From contig CM000150.2 in NCBI GenBank assembly GCA_000004695.1, positions 2,464,001-2,528,000 of the forward strand: 64,000 bases of DNA, given 5' to 3'. Positions 17,002 through 30,545 of this stretch are shown one piece after another. The position numbers and the translations under genes are program-made. The notes below the pieces were generated by a model. It saw nothing but the letters and a program-made list of their open reading frames with translations. It was not told the DNA's origin and ran no database searches. Within the stretch, counting starts at the first letter, position 1, and every line of letters begins with the position of its first letter. The DNA is from Dictyostelium discoideum (Eukaryota).

Positions 17002-17509
17002 AAAATTTTGATTACAATTTAAGTTAAAATCAAAACAAATAAACCAAAAAAAAAAAAAGAAAAAAAAAGAAAAAAAAAAAAAAGAAAAAAAAAAAGAAAA
17101 AAAAAAGTGGGAAGATTTGATTATTATAATAGTTGGAAAGTCGATCTTAATAAAATCTATTCCAGAAAGGGGGAGTGTGAAATTAATAAACCAACCTACC
17201 TTTATTTAAAAACTTATCAATCCCTTTTATCATTTTTTTTTTTTTGTTTTTTATTATCATTTATTATTATTATAATTATTACTATTATAATTTTTTTTTT
17301 TCTAAACTTTTAACTTATTTTTTTTTTTTTTTTTTCTAAACATTTATCTGATGAAATGTCATAAGTTATTGATGAAATGTCATAAGTTAACAAACTAAAA
17401 AAAAAACTTTTTTTTTTTTTTTTTCATTTTAATTCCCACCCTTTTTTTTTTTTATTTTTATTTTTATTTTTAATTTTTTAACCCAAATAAACTTACCTTC
17501 ACAGTAACA

Positions 17510-18781
<1,272 letters not shown>

Positions 18782-18896
18782 TAAAAATAAATATTCTATA
18801 AATAAACCATTACTTTAATAAATTTTAAATTTATTGTTTTATTTTTGTTTTTTTTTTTTTTTGTTTTATTTTTTATTTTGTTTTATTTTTTTATTT

Positions 18897-19859
18897 TTAT
18901 TTTAATTTCTTTACATCATTAATTGAATGAAATGAAATTTCACCACGTTCAATTACATCTGGTAAATTATCAATATGATTTAATTGAACACGAATGAATT
19001 TAACCATATCCAAAAGTTGTTGTGGTGTAACATCTGGACTCATTGCATAAAAGTTTCTCCATAATGCATTACATAATACTGTATCATCAAATAAACCTTC
19101 ATCATATGAAATTAATGTTCCTAAATAAGTTGTATAAAAATCTTTTAAATATTTTGGAATAAATCTTTTTTTAATCTAAAAATAAAAAAAGGTATTAATA
19201 AATAAATTTTATTTTATTTTATTTAATTTTTTTTTTTTTTTTAAAAAAAAAAGATTACATACACCAGCAATTGCTATTTTTTTTTCTAAATCTTCCCAAA
19301 AACGATCATATAAATCAATTTGTAATTGTTTTGAAAGTTTTAAATCTTTTCTTAAACGTACAAATACAATCCAAATATGAAGTACAGATATGGTAAACCA
19401 ACTTCTAACATTAACTGGTAAATTTGATTGTTTATAAAATTCAATATCAGATGATTGTTTTGCAATTTCTTCATAAATACGATATGAATTATGTAATGAA
19501 ATTGTATCCTTTGAATAGAATCCTAATAAAGCAAGATACCAACTCTTTTCTTTTCTCATTTGTTCCTTTGCTAAATATTTTGGATTTGGAATATATTTTA
19601 AAATTTCTTTATCATAATCACTATTAATTATTTCATCTTTATTAATATTTATATCTTCTGTTGTTGTTGCAGCATTTGTTTCATTTTCTGGTTTAATAGT
19701 CGAGAATGATTTAATTAAACAATTATTGAAATTATTTGTTTTAAATAAATTTGAATTTGAATTCAAATTTCTAATAGTTGAAATATTAAATTTATTTGAA
19801 TATTGTAATAACCCCCTTTTTAATAAATTTCTAGATATATTATTAATCATTTTTTTCAC
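18897..19859 (-). CDS. Ubiquinol-cytochrome c reductase complex chaperone CBP3/UQCC1 homolog: complement(join(18897..19175,19263..19859))
   Basis: Exon 1 (MKKMINNISRNLLKRGLLQYSN..., a mitochondrial presequence-like N-terminus) includes SWFTISVLHIWIVFVRLRKDLKLSKQLQIDLYDRFWEDLEKKIAIAG, which is the UQCC1/CBP3 signature. It is followed by a GTATGT donor. Exon 2 follows TTTTTAG (IKKRFIPKYLKDFYTTYLGTLISYDEGLFDDTVLCNALWRNFYAM...DVKKLK*). Confidence 0.8.
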
Positions 19860-20100
19860 TTTTTACCACAAACCACCCAACTGAATTAAATAAACGACAA
19901 AAAAAAAAAAAAAAAAAATTAAAAAATTAAAAATTAAAAAAAAAATTAAAATAAAAAAAAAAAAAAAAAAATTAAAAAACGAGTAATTTCGTGTCCATTA
20001 GTTTTTTTTTTTTTTTTTCATTTTTTTATTTTTTAGATATAATATTTAATTATAAAAATAGAAATATATATATATATATTTATATTTATAAATAATTAAT

Positions 20101-21209
20101 ATGATTATTCCAAAATTTTCAGTTGACCAAAATGATGAATTTATTATTGTTGTTGCAATAACACCATATATTAAAGCATCAGAAGCAGATTTTTATTTAT
20201 TGGAAAATCAATTTAAATTCTATTGTAAACCATATTTCCTTAGACTTACATTTAGTCATAATATAGTTGAAAATGGTAAAGAGAAAGCATCATTCAATGT
20301 AAATACACAAGAATTTACATTTTATTTACCAAAAGAAATAAATGGTCAAAAATTCAATGATTTAGATTTAATTACAAAATTATTAGAGAAAAAGTCAACA
20401 ACAAATACTTCAAAGATTCAAGTTTTAAATGGTGAATCAAATCAAGATGACCAAGATGAAGATGAAGAAGGTGAAGATTATGAAGATGAAGAATGGGAAT
20501 TTGAACAAATTGTTGAACCTGAACCATCTGTATGTAATATATAAATAATAATAATAATAAATAATAATAAATTTTTTTATATTAATAATTTTATTCTTTT
20601 TTTAAAAAAATAGTTAGATGAATTAAAAAATAAAATTAAATATGGATTCAATGATGGATATAGTGATTTCTTTCAAGGATTACAACAAGATATTAGTGAT
20701 ATAATTGATATTCCAATTATCGATTCAATTACAAAACAAGAAAGAACAAAAGTTAGAACTGAATTTGAAGATTTAAAATTTGATCCAGAAAGATTTATGG
20801 AAAATCATTTCTTTAATGATGATATTAAAGAATTATTACATTATAAATGTTATTGGGAAGATTTAATTGAAAAGAAATTAAAATTAAAAAATGAAAAAAA
20901 TCAAAAACAATCATCTGAACAAGAATCGAATGAAATAATAAATAAAAAAGAAGAAGAAAAACAAGAAGAAAAACAAGAGGAAAAAGTTGAAGAAATTAAA
21001 GAAAAAGTTGAAGAAATTAAACAAATTGATCCATCAAATTTAGAAGATTATGATGAAGGTAATGATGAAGTTACAAATGAAACTACAATTGAATCAAATG
21101 AAATTTCAGATGAATTATTAGAAAAGATTAATTCAACTTTATCAAAGAAAATTTCAATTGTAAATGATGAGTCAGATATCAAAAATAGTTTAATTGAAAA
21201 AGAAGATTC

Positions 21210-21256
<47 letters not shown>

Positions 21257-21936
21257 AATCAACAACTACAAATAATAATAAATATTCAAAGAAATTAATT
21301 ACATTTTCAGATGAAGAAAAAGATATAATGAAAAATTTACCAAATAAAGAATATATGATTAGTAATGAAAAATCAATATTACTTGGATTGGTTGATATAA
21401 TTTATTCATATGCATATAATGAAAGAGTTAATATGGGTTATGAAAATATTGAATCAGCTTGGAACATTTGTAAATTGTCAGGTACATTATCATGTCTTGA
21501 TAATTTTTATAATTTATCATCAGTTTTAGAATGTTGTTTTAAGAGATCATTAACGTTCCCACTTTATCGTAGTTGGTTATTATCAGAACGTGTTCTTAGA
21601 GATACAAAACAAATTTTCCAATTAGGAAAAAGATCACTTTTAAAATGTTTATTAGATATTAAAAAGAAATTAGAATCTTCAGAATTTAAATACTACTTAA
21701 ATAGATTATATATTGATGATTATTGTATTTGGTTACAACATGCAAGTAAAAAGAAATTAAAATCATTACGTAATAAATTATCTGAATATGAAATGAAAAA
21801 GTCAATGATATCATGGCCATTAGAAGAATATGAAAAATTAGTTGAAGAAGAAGGTATGGTATTTGGTGAAGAAGAAGAGGATGAAGATAATAAAGAAGAA
21901 CAATTTGAATATGAAAATCAAGATGAAAGTGATTAA
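20101..21936 (+). CDS. SHQ1 (H/ACA snoRNP assembly factor) homolog: join(20101..20529,20614..21936)
   Basis: The N-terminal CS-type domain (MIIPKFSVDQNDEFIIVVAITPYIKASEADFYLLENQFKFYCKPYFLRLTFSHNIVENGKEKASFNV) is followed by an acidic stretch and a GTATGT donor. Exon 2 after AAAATAG carries SHQ1-domain motifs (MKNLPNKEYMISNEKSILLGLVDIIYSYAYNERVNMGYENIESAWNICKLSGTLSCLDNF). Confidence 0.8.
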
Positions 21937-21988
21937 ATAAAAATAAAAATAAAAAATTAAAATAAAAATTAAATTATGTATTGTTTAT

Positions 21989-24073
21989 TTATTTTTTAAA
22001 TTTATAATAATGTGGAGCAATTTCAAATAACCAATTTGGTTCAATTGAAGTTACATCTTTCATATATTCTTTTGTTGTAATTGTAACTTCATTAAAAATG
22101 ACCCATTGTGGTGAATTTGATAAACAAAGTACAGAGGTTGGATGTAACCAAAGTTTATGTTTTTCTCTAATGGTTTGATAGGAACCATCTGGTTGTAATT
22201 GAGCTGCATTTGTAAAGAATCCTGAAACAATTGCCTTTCGAATTAAATTACTGCATTGTTCTCTATTGTTATTGCTATCAAAACAAGATATAACATTTAT
22301 TGAATATTTCTTTGCATAAGCTAATAGTTGTTTTCTAACTTGTAATACTCTTTGCATAGCTTTATAATTGATTTGATGTTGATTACACCATTGTGGTGAA
22401 CTTTGATTACTGATAAATGAATTGAAAATATTTAATAAAGTTAAATGATCACCTTCTTTAACTAATAGATGTTTTCTTGATTTATGATTTTGATTAGTGA
22501 ATAAACCTTGAATATTTAACATAGCAGTGATTGTAATACACTCATCAGAACAATTGAAACCATTTGAAGATGATTGAATTATCATTTTTGAAAAGGTTGG
22601 ATCTGTAGGGAACTCTGCCATTATCATACCGGTTGGATTGGTTAGCTTACCATTATCATCCAACGCACCCAATCCATAGAGTACTTCTAGACCTCTTATG
22701 AGTGAACTTGATGGTGGTTGTGAAATGAAATCGAAATTTAAAATATTATCAATACCCAATGCTTTCAATTGTAATATTGTATTTGTTAAATTTGAACGTT
22801 GAATCTCTGGTATAGTTTGGTCTGGTAATAGTTTTTCATAGGTTAATTCAGTATATAGTCTATAGCATTTACCAGCTCTACTTCTACCAGCCCTACCAGC
22901 TCTTTGATTCGCCGATGATTTCGATGTTGGTACAATCACCAATGATTCCAAACCACTCTCTGAATCATATGATTTAATTTTAACAAAACCACAATCAACC
23001 ACATAAACTACACCATCGATTGTAATTGATGTCTCTGCAATATTAGTTGAAATTATAATCTTTCTAATCTTTTTACTATCACCAACCGATTCAAAAACTT
23101 TAATTTGTTTATTAATTGATAATCCAGAATACATTGGTAATAATGAATATTTCATAAATGGTTGTTGTTGTTGATGGTGGTGTTGTTGATGATATTGTCT
23201 TAAAATTTCAAATTTATCATCCAATGTTTGAATTAGTTTTTCAATTTCTTCTTGACCTGTTAAAAATACTAAAATATCACCAGGTGGTTGAGTTGTATGA
23301 ATATCAATTATAGTTTGTATGGTTGTTTGAATATAATTTGAAGTTGATTCTTCAAGATAGTGTATATCTACTGGATAAGTTCTACCTTCAATTGAAAGAA
23401 TTGTTGAAGTATCTTTTGATTTATCATTAGTTTGATTATAATTAAAAAAGTTGAAAAAATCATTTGCATTTAAAGTTGCTGATGAAATTATTAATTTTAA
23501 ACTATTATCATTATTATTGTTATTATTTGTTGAATTTCTTTTTTTTTGAACTTTTTTTAATAATCCCATTAAAAGATCAGTTTGTAATGAACGTTCATGC
23601 GCTTCATCAATCATAATTACAGAATATTTTAAAAGTAATGGATCTAACATCATTTCTCTAATTAACATACCATCAGTGACATATTTGATTCTAGTTTCGA
23701 TATCTGATATCTTTTCATCGAATCTAACACTATATCCAACGGTTTTACCAACATGTTGTTCACCCATTTCTTGTGCAACCCTTTCTGCTAATGATATGGC
23801 TGCAACTCTTCTTGGTTGTGTACATAAAATAGTTCTAAATCCATCTGACCAACCACTTTCAAATAGATATTGTGGAATTTGTGTTGATTTACCACATCCT
23901 GTATTACCAATAATTACTAATGTACTATATTTCTCTAATAAATATAATATATGTTTACGATTTTGATAAATTGGTAATGAAATTCTTTGTTGTTGAATTG
24001 TTAATTTTTGATTACTATTATATATAAAATTATCATTTCCAAATGATAATGATGAATCTTTATCAAATAATGA

Positions 24074-24105
<32 letters not shown>

Positions 24106-24139
24106 TACTATTATTATTTATTTGATTATTTGTTGCCAT
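21989..24139 (-). CDS. DEAH-box ATP-dependent RNA helicase (DHX35/Prp43-like)
   Basis: 716-aa ORF with GNTGCGKSTQIPQY (motif I), DEAHERSL (motif II), SATL, QRAGRAGR (motif VI) and the OB/HA2 C-terminal region. The N-terminus is poly-N. An upstream exon cannot be ruled out. Confidence 0.85.
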
Positions 24140-24608
24140 TTTATCATTTTCGATTGTAAAAATTTCAAATTAAAAATGAAAAAAAAAAAAAAAAAATAAA
24201 TAAAAAAAAAAAAAAAAAATATTTGTGAAAATTATTCAAGTAACAAACTTGGATTCCCATATATAAAAATAATTATAGTTACTAATTTTGAAATTTTTTA
24301 AGAAAAAACAAAAATAATCAGGTTTGGCTGTGATAGGTTAAAAAAAAAAAAATAAAAAATAAAAAATAACCCAAGTTGGCTTGTCCCCGTATATTTGTGG
24401 TAATAATTAAATTAAATATAATAGTTTTTACAACATAGAATAAAACTATCCATACATAAATAAAATAAGATTTCAAGTTTTTTTTTTTTTTTTTTATTTC
24501 ATTTTTTTTTTATTTAATTGATATATGCATATTATTACTTTATTTTTTAATTTTTATTATTTTTTTTTTTTTATTATTTTTTTTATTTTTTTTATTTTTT
24601 TTAAATTA

Positions 24609-25340
24609 TTATGTTCTTTGAATTTCACCATTTATTAAAGAAATAGTTAAAGGTTTCCATTGTTTGAGAACATCTGGTGCATATGAGACAGATTCTAATT
24701 CAGGTTTTAGGATTGAACTTGTTTCTGGACCATATTTAACACCTTGTGATTCTAATTGATTTAAGAATGATTCATATTCTTTTCTTGCTGTAAGTGATGA
24801 TTTATAAAAACCTTCAATATCAAATACTCTTTGATGACCTTGTTGTGACCATTGTTGTTTTAATCTTTTTAATTTTTTTAATTTTTTTTTTTTTTTTAAA
24901 ATTAAAAATTATTATTAATAATTATATTTACTATATTTATATTTTAAAAAATGAAAATGAAAATGAAAATGAAAATGAAAATGAAATGTACATACTTTGA
25001 TAAATCAATATGTGGTAAATCTCTTTCGAAATCAAATGTAAATTTTAAAGATGATTCTAATGGATTTTCAAATAATTTATCTAATTCTGTAACTTTTTGT
25101 TTCATATTTAATTGTTGATAAATTTTTGAAAGATTTGTAGCACAATTTTGTACCATATCATTATTTCTACCTAATGATTTCTCTAATAATGAAAATGCTT
25201 TTTCACAATATGGTAATGCTTCTTCATAATTACCTTCAACTGAAAGATAACTTGATAAATTTAATAATGCTAAACCAATTCTATCATCAACTAAATAATC
25301 TTTTGAACTAATAATAATAATAATAATAATTTATTAATAT

Positions 25341-25380
<40 letters not shown>

Positions 25381-26162
25381 TAAATAATATACTTACGTTT
25401 CAAAAACTGAAATTGCTTGTTTACAAGTTTCAATTGCTTTTAAATTATCTTGTAATAAAGAGAATAATTCAGAAAGATGTAATAAAGTGTTACCAAAGAA
25501 TGGTAAATCTTCTTGAGATTCTAAATAACCTAAAGATTTGGTATAACATTTAACAGAATCCATGAATAAACCTTTAGTATGATAAATATAACCTAAATTT
25601 GAGAGTAAATAACCATAACATTGATCAGTTGTAATACCAAGTTCAGAGGTTCTTGTTGGCATTGAACCTTGTTTAGTACTTTCAAATAATGTAATACCAC
25701 TGATTAAAACGGTCTCTGCATCGTCAAATTTACCTTGAACAATTAATTGATTGGCTTGATCATTTAAATGAATACATTTCAATAATGGTGATACATTCTT
25801 TGTTTCATATGGTGTTAATTTAATTTTCTCAACTTGTGGTGTATAAAATTCTGATATCTTTTTTGAAACTTCTTGAATCTTTTTTCTTTATAATCATTAT
25901 TAAATAATAAAATTAATTTCTGCTAAAATAATAAATAAAGTAAATAATTATATATTAATATTACTTACTCGAATAAAACAGAAGCAGGTTGTTGAACTTC
26001 TTCGGTTATTTCAGTTTCAGTTTCTTCTTGATCAAATTCTGTTTTTATAGGTGAAGTAAAATTTCTTTTATTTATTAAATTTGATGCTGGTTTAACAATC
26101 AATCCATTATTTAATTTAGTTATTGATTTTCTAACTGTAATACATCTATTAATAAAATTCAT
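24609..26162 (-). CDS. TPR-repeat protein with an N-terminal mitochondrial-presequence-like segment: complement(join(24609..24864,24996..25307,25397..25885,25969..26162))
   Basis: The four exons join in frame using GTAAGT, GTAAGT and GTATGT donors. The protein runs MNFINRCITVRKSITKLNNGLIVKPASNLINKRNF... then TPR-like helices (YLLSNLGYIYHTKGLFMDSVKCYTKSLGYLESQEDLPFFGNTLLHLSELF; NYEEALPYCEKAFSLLEKSLGRNNDMVQNCATNL) and ends ...ISLINGEIQRT*. The intron at 24868-24995 contains (GAAAAT)n. A TTC19-like function is only a weak guess. Confidence 0.55.
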
Positions 26163-27364
26163 TTTATTGAACTTTTTTTTGATTTTTTTACTTGATCAAA
26201 TAAAAAAAATAAAAAATAAAAGTGCTATGGGTGAAAATGCAGAAAAAAAAAAAAAATAAAAAAAAAATAAAAATAAAATAAAAAATATTTAAAAACGAAA
26301 AAAAAAAAAAAATAAAAAAAAATAAAAAAAATAAAAAACAAATTTACAGACAACTTGTGATCATTTATTTTTTTTTTTTTTTTTTTTGTTTATGCAAATA
26401 AACTTTATTATTATTATTACAAATAATTTTTTTTTTTTAATAGTTCATCACGTCCAAAAATCTAAAATGAGGTAGGGTCTTTTTAAATTCAGAAATTTAT
26501 CAATAAGTTAACGAAGAATGGGAAAGCTTCACATCCAAAATCCATTGTGTTTATGAAAACATGTTTTTTAAAATTTTTTTTTTTTTTTTGTGTGTTTTGA
26601 AAAAATAAAAAATAAAATTAAATATTATTATATTATTAATTTTTGTGTGTTTTTAAAAAAAAAAAAAAAAAAAAAAAAATTATTGAAATGAAAAAAATTA
26701 TTGGCAACTGATAATATTAAATATTCAATTCCATTATGTGGGGGGAGGGAGACAGGGGGGGAGTTGAAAGATTTAAAAGAGAAAAAAAAAAAAAAGGAGA
26801 AAAAAAAAAAAAAAGAAGAAAAAAAAAACAAATAAATTAATGTTGAAATTTACACTTTATTAGTAATTTTATTAAGAGTAAAAAAAAACTTAATTTTCAA
26901 TTTTTTTTCTTTTAATAAATCAATTACTTTTTGTGTGTTAGGTTAGTTTGAAAACTTTTTATGATTCCATTTTTTCTCCTTTTGTTTTTTTTTTTATACC
27001 TGAATCTGGAAAATAAAAAATTCGTAATGTGGAAATTATTATCAATTAACGTTTAAAAAATGAAGGGGTAAAGGTGTAAATTAATAAAATGTAGGGGGAT
27101 TGTGAAATTTGGTATGGGAAAATAAAAAAAAAAGTGTGGGTTAGATTTTTTAAAAAAAAAAAAAATTTAATTTAAAAAATGTCAAGAGATATTTTTCTAA
27201 TTGGTTGAAAATAAAAGGGCAGTAAGATAACCCATGGAAAACTGATTGCCAGTCTTGGTTTGGATATTAAGAAAAAAAAAAAATATTTGCTTTTTTTTAT
27301 TTTTTTTTTATTTTTTTTTTTTTTTTTGGGGATTAGTTCAAAAAAAAAAAAATGTTAATAAAAA

Positions 27365-29733
27365 TAATCTCTTTGTGTTTCAAAATCAAATAAAGATATT
27401 CCATCAATACTTTCTCTTGGTGGTAATGTTACAATTAGAGGTTTCGATTCAAGTTCAACATGGACTGGTTATGATAGAATTAATCAAACAACATTCATCA
27501 GATCATTTCCATTCACAAATAATGGTAATTACCAATTATTAAATTAGGTGGTTTAAGAAATGCAGTGGGTATTGAACAATATAATTTAGATAATTATTAT
27601 ACAAAAATGACAAAGAATGTTTATACTGATAAATATGCATTTGATTCAATACAAACACCTCACACTGGTCATGTATTAATAAATCCTTATAATAAAAATG
27701 TTTGGATAAAAGGCATTGGTAGTTGCTCAATGGTTTTCACTGGTTCTTCAATTGTAGATATTCAAAATTCAGTATTTTATGATTTTGGACATACAACATC
27801 ATTACAATTACATCAAACTAATAATAGTCCAAATAGATATCCAATCACATTATACCATAATAAAAAACCAGTAAATATTGAAAATAATTGTTTTTTACCA
27901 TCAATCAATTCCCCACAACAAAGTTTAACACCAAGATCATTCATTGGTGCAGTTCATTCATTTGGTAATATCATTGGTAATTCATTTGTATTAAGTGAAT
28001 CTTCAAGTGGAATGGCTATGAGTGGTATTTCATTATTATATGGTACTGAACAATTCAATATCAGTTATAATTCTTTCATATCATTTTACTCGAATACTAC
28101 AGCAGTACCATCAAATAGACAATATCCAGATAATATCGATTATATCAATAGTGGTATTATTTCAACATCACCATATTCAATTTATGAATCAAATGCATTT
28201 GAAGGTAGATTCAAAGGTGGTGCAATTCGCATTATTCCATTACAATCAAGATCAACAATTGTAGGTTTAAATAGTGATAGATTAGGTGTTTACAATGGAT
28301 ATGAACAATCAAATCTCGATGATAAAGTATCCAATAGTATTTGGAATAAAGTTATATTCAAAGATAATGTATTCTTTGGCGAATCAGAATTTCGTGTTAC
28401 ATATCTAATGTCAATACAACCACCAATTAAAATCAACTTTTTAAGAGGATGGTATATTAATCAAAGACCATCGATGACATTACCACCAAATGAAGCAAAT
28501 GTCGATTACTCTTATGATTCATCATTAATTTGGATACGTTTAAGACCATTGAATATGGCCCCAACTGAAACCAATAATCTTTCAGGTAAATGCAATAGTG
28601 TTTCAATAAAGAATTCAGACCTTTCATCCTCTTACAATTTTTTCTCAGATTCATTCAGATGTAATTTCAATTGTTGATTCAAAATTCACAGAAAAAATTA
28701 ACCCTGGAAATAATAGTATAAGCTTCATTAAAAGATTTACCAATCAACTATTCCTTTCAAATGTTAATGGTACAAAAAGCAATAGAAGTAATGCAATGAG
28801 TACACGTTCATATCCATTTTATCAAATATCACCAAATAGTATTATCAATCCACCATTAACTCAAAATAATATTAATTCACATTCATTGCAAATTTTGAAA
28901 TGAATCTATTCTTTGGTATCGAATCACTAGTTCTTGAAACAATAATTGATGAAGTTTTTCAAAATAATTCAATCATTAAACCTTTAGAAAATCCAATAGA
29001 TTCAAAATTTGTTCAATTACCACCTTCAGCCAATGGTCCATATACAGTAATTTTATCAACTAGACCTAATTTTCCAAATAATACAATTTATGAAAAAGTA
29101 CCACACACAGGATGTTTCTTTGCAGGAACATATATTGTTGATAATAGTGCAAATAATTTTTATCTTGGTATTGATTTATCACCACCAATTGATCATCTTA
29201 TTACACCACCACGTGCATTATCAATTTTTGGTAAACAATGGACAAAATGTAATTGGATTCAATCATTAAATAAATGTACAACAACAGGTTTATTCACACC
29301 AAATTCATCAATGACATTTATTCCATCTGAAATCACAGAAAATGATGAAATCTCAATGATAACATCATACCTTGGTAATGATATAATCAATAATATTCCA
29401 AGTACACTCAATAAATCATTAGCAGGTCCACATCAATATAAATTTTATTTATACTCATATAATCCAGATTGGACAGATTCAATCGTTAATCCAATACCAT
29501 CATTTACAATTAAAATCAATGGTAAATATCAAGAACCAATTACAAGATCAGCGCCATCTTATTTAACCTATAAAAAGTATGGTCCATTCTATTGGAATAA
29601 TATTAATTCAACTGAACAAACTCTATCAATTGGTTGGGCTAATGATAATATTAAATATTCAATTCCACTATCTGGTATTGAAATTTATTCAAATATTCAA
29701 ACTCCATTCACAATTCAATTAGTAATTAATTAA
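27365..29733 (+). pseudogene. About 2.4 kb of coding-like sequence broken into four reading-frame segments by three apparent 1-nt frameshifts. Likely a pseudogene of a Dictyostelium-specific Ser/Asn-rich protein, though it could be a real gene if the sequence has indel errors
   Basis: The open frames are about 27365-27547 (...SLGGNVTIRGFDSSSTWTGYDRINQTTFIRSFPFTNNGNYQLLN*), 27529-28677 (370 aa), about 28612-28903 (IQTFHPLTIFSQIHSDVISIVDSKFTEKINPGNNS...HSLQILK*) and 28875-29733 (277 aa). Adjacent frames overlap by tens of nucleotides. There are no AT-rich intron-like sequences or splice signals at the junctions, and composition is uniform and coding-like throughout. Confidence 0.35.
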
Positions 29734-29840
29734 ACTGGTTTAATCTAAAATTGTAATAACAAAAAAATAAATAAAAATAATATAAATAAAGTTTTAAGAT
29801 GACTATCTAAAAAAAATATATATTTAAGTGTAGTTTATTT

Positions 29841-30511
29841 TTAATTTTTTTTTCCGCCTAATACTCTTGAAGAAGTAGCAATTTTTGGTTGTTCTTTATA
29901 ATAATAATTATTACTATTACTTATATTCATATTAAAACTATTATTATTAAAATTATTATTATTAAAATTATTAAAACTATTGTTATTATTAATATTATTA
30001 TAATTATTATTATTATTATTATTATAATTATTAATATTATTATTATTATTTGTAAAACCGCTATTATTAGAATCTGGAATTGAAGAATCATAAAATAAAA
30101 TATTTTCTAATAATAAAACCTTTGAATCTTGAGTAAACTCTATATTATAAGAACCTTGTGGTAATGGTGGTGTTTGAAATGATATTTTTCTACCAGCATT
30201 TGAAATCTCAATATTTTGTAACTGTTTAACATTGTCACCATTACCAGAGCCAATATTAACTTTTAATATATTACTTTTTACTGGGTGTTTGAATTGTACA
30301 CTAACTTTATTTCCACTTAATGGTGACACTGTTGGATGAATCATTTCAACAACTATATCATCAAATGTTTCACCAGTAGATCCAATCTCTTTACTCATTA
30401 ATATTGAAAATGAATCATTTTGATGAGGTTGGTTATTATTATACCCACTATTACTGTTATTAAAAGATCTTAAACTAGGTGATGCTGTTTTTGGTGATGA
30501 ATTTAAACTAC

Positions 30512-30545
<34 letters not shown>

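Noticed and set aside
24944-25156. (GAAAAT)6 at 24950-24985 and (CAAAAT)n at 15763-15800 as possible regulatory repeats
   Set aside because: Both lie inside AT-rich introns (of the TPR gene and the kinase-RasGEF gene). They are simple-sequence microsatellites typical of Dictyostelium introns.
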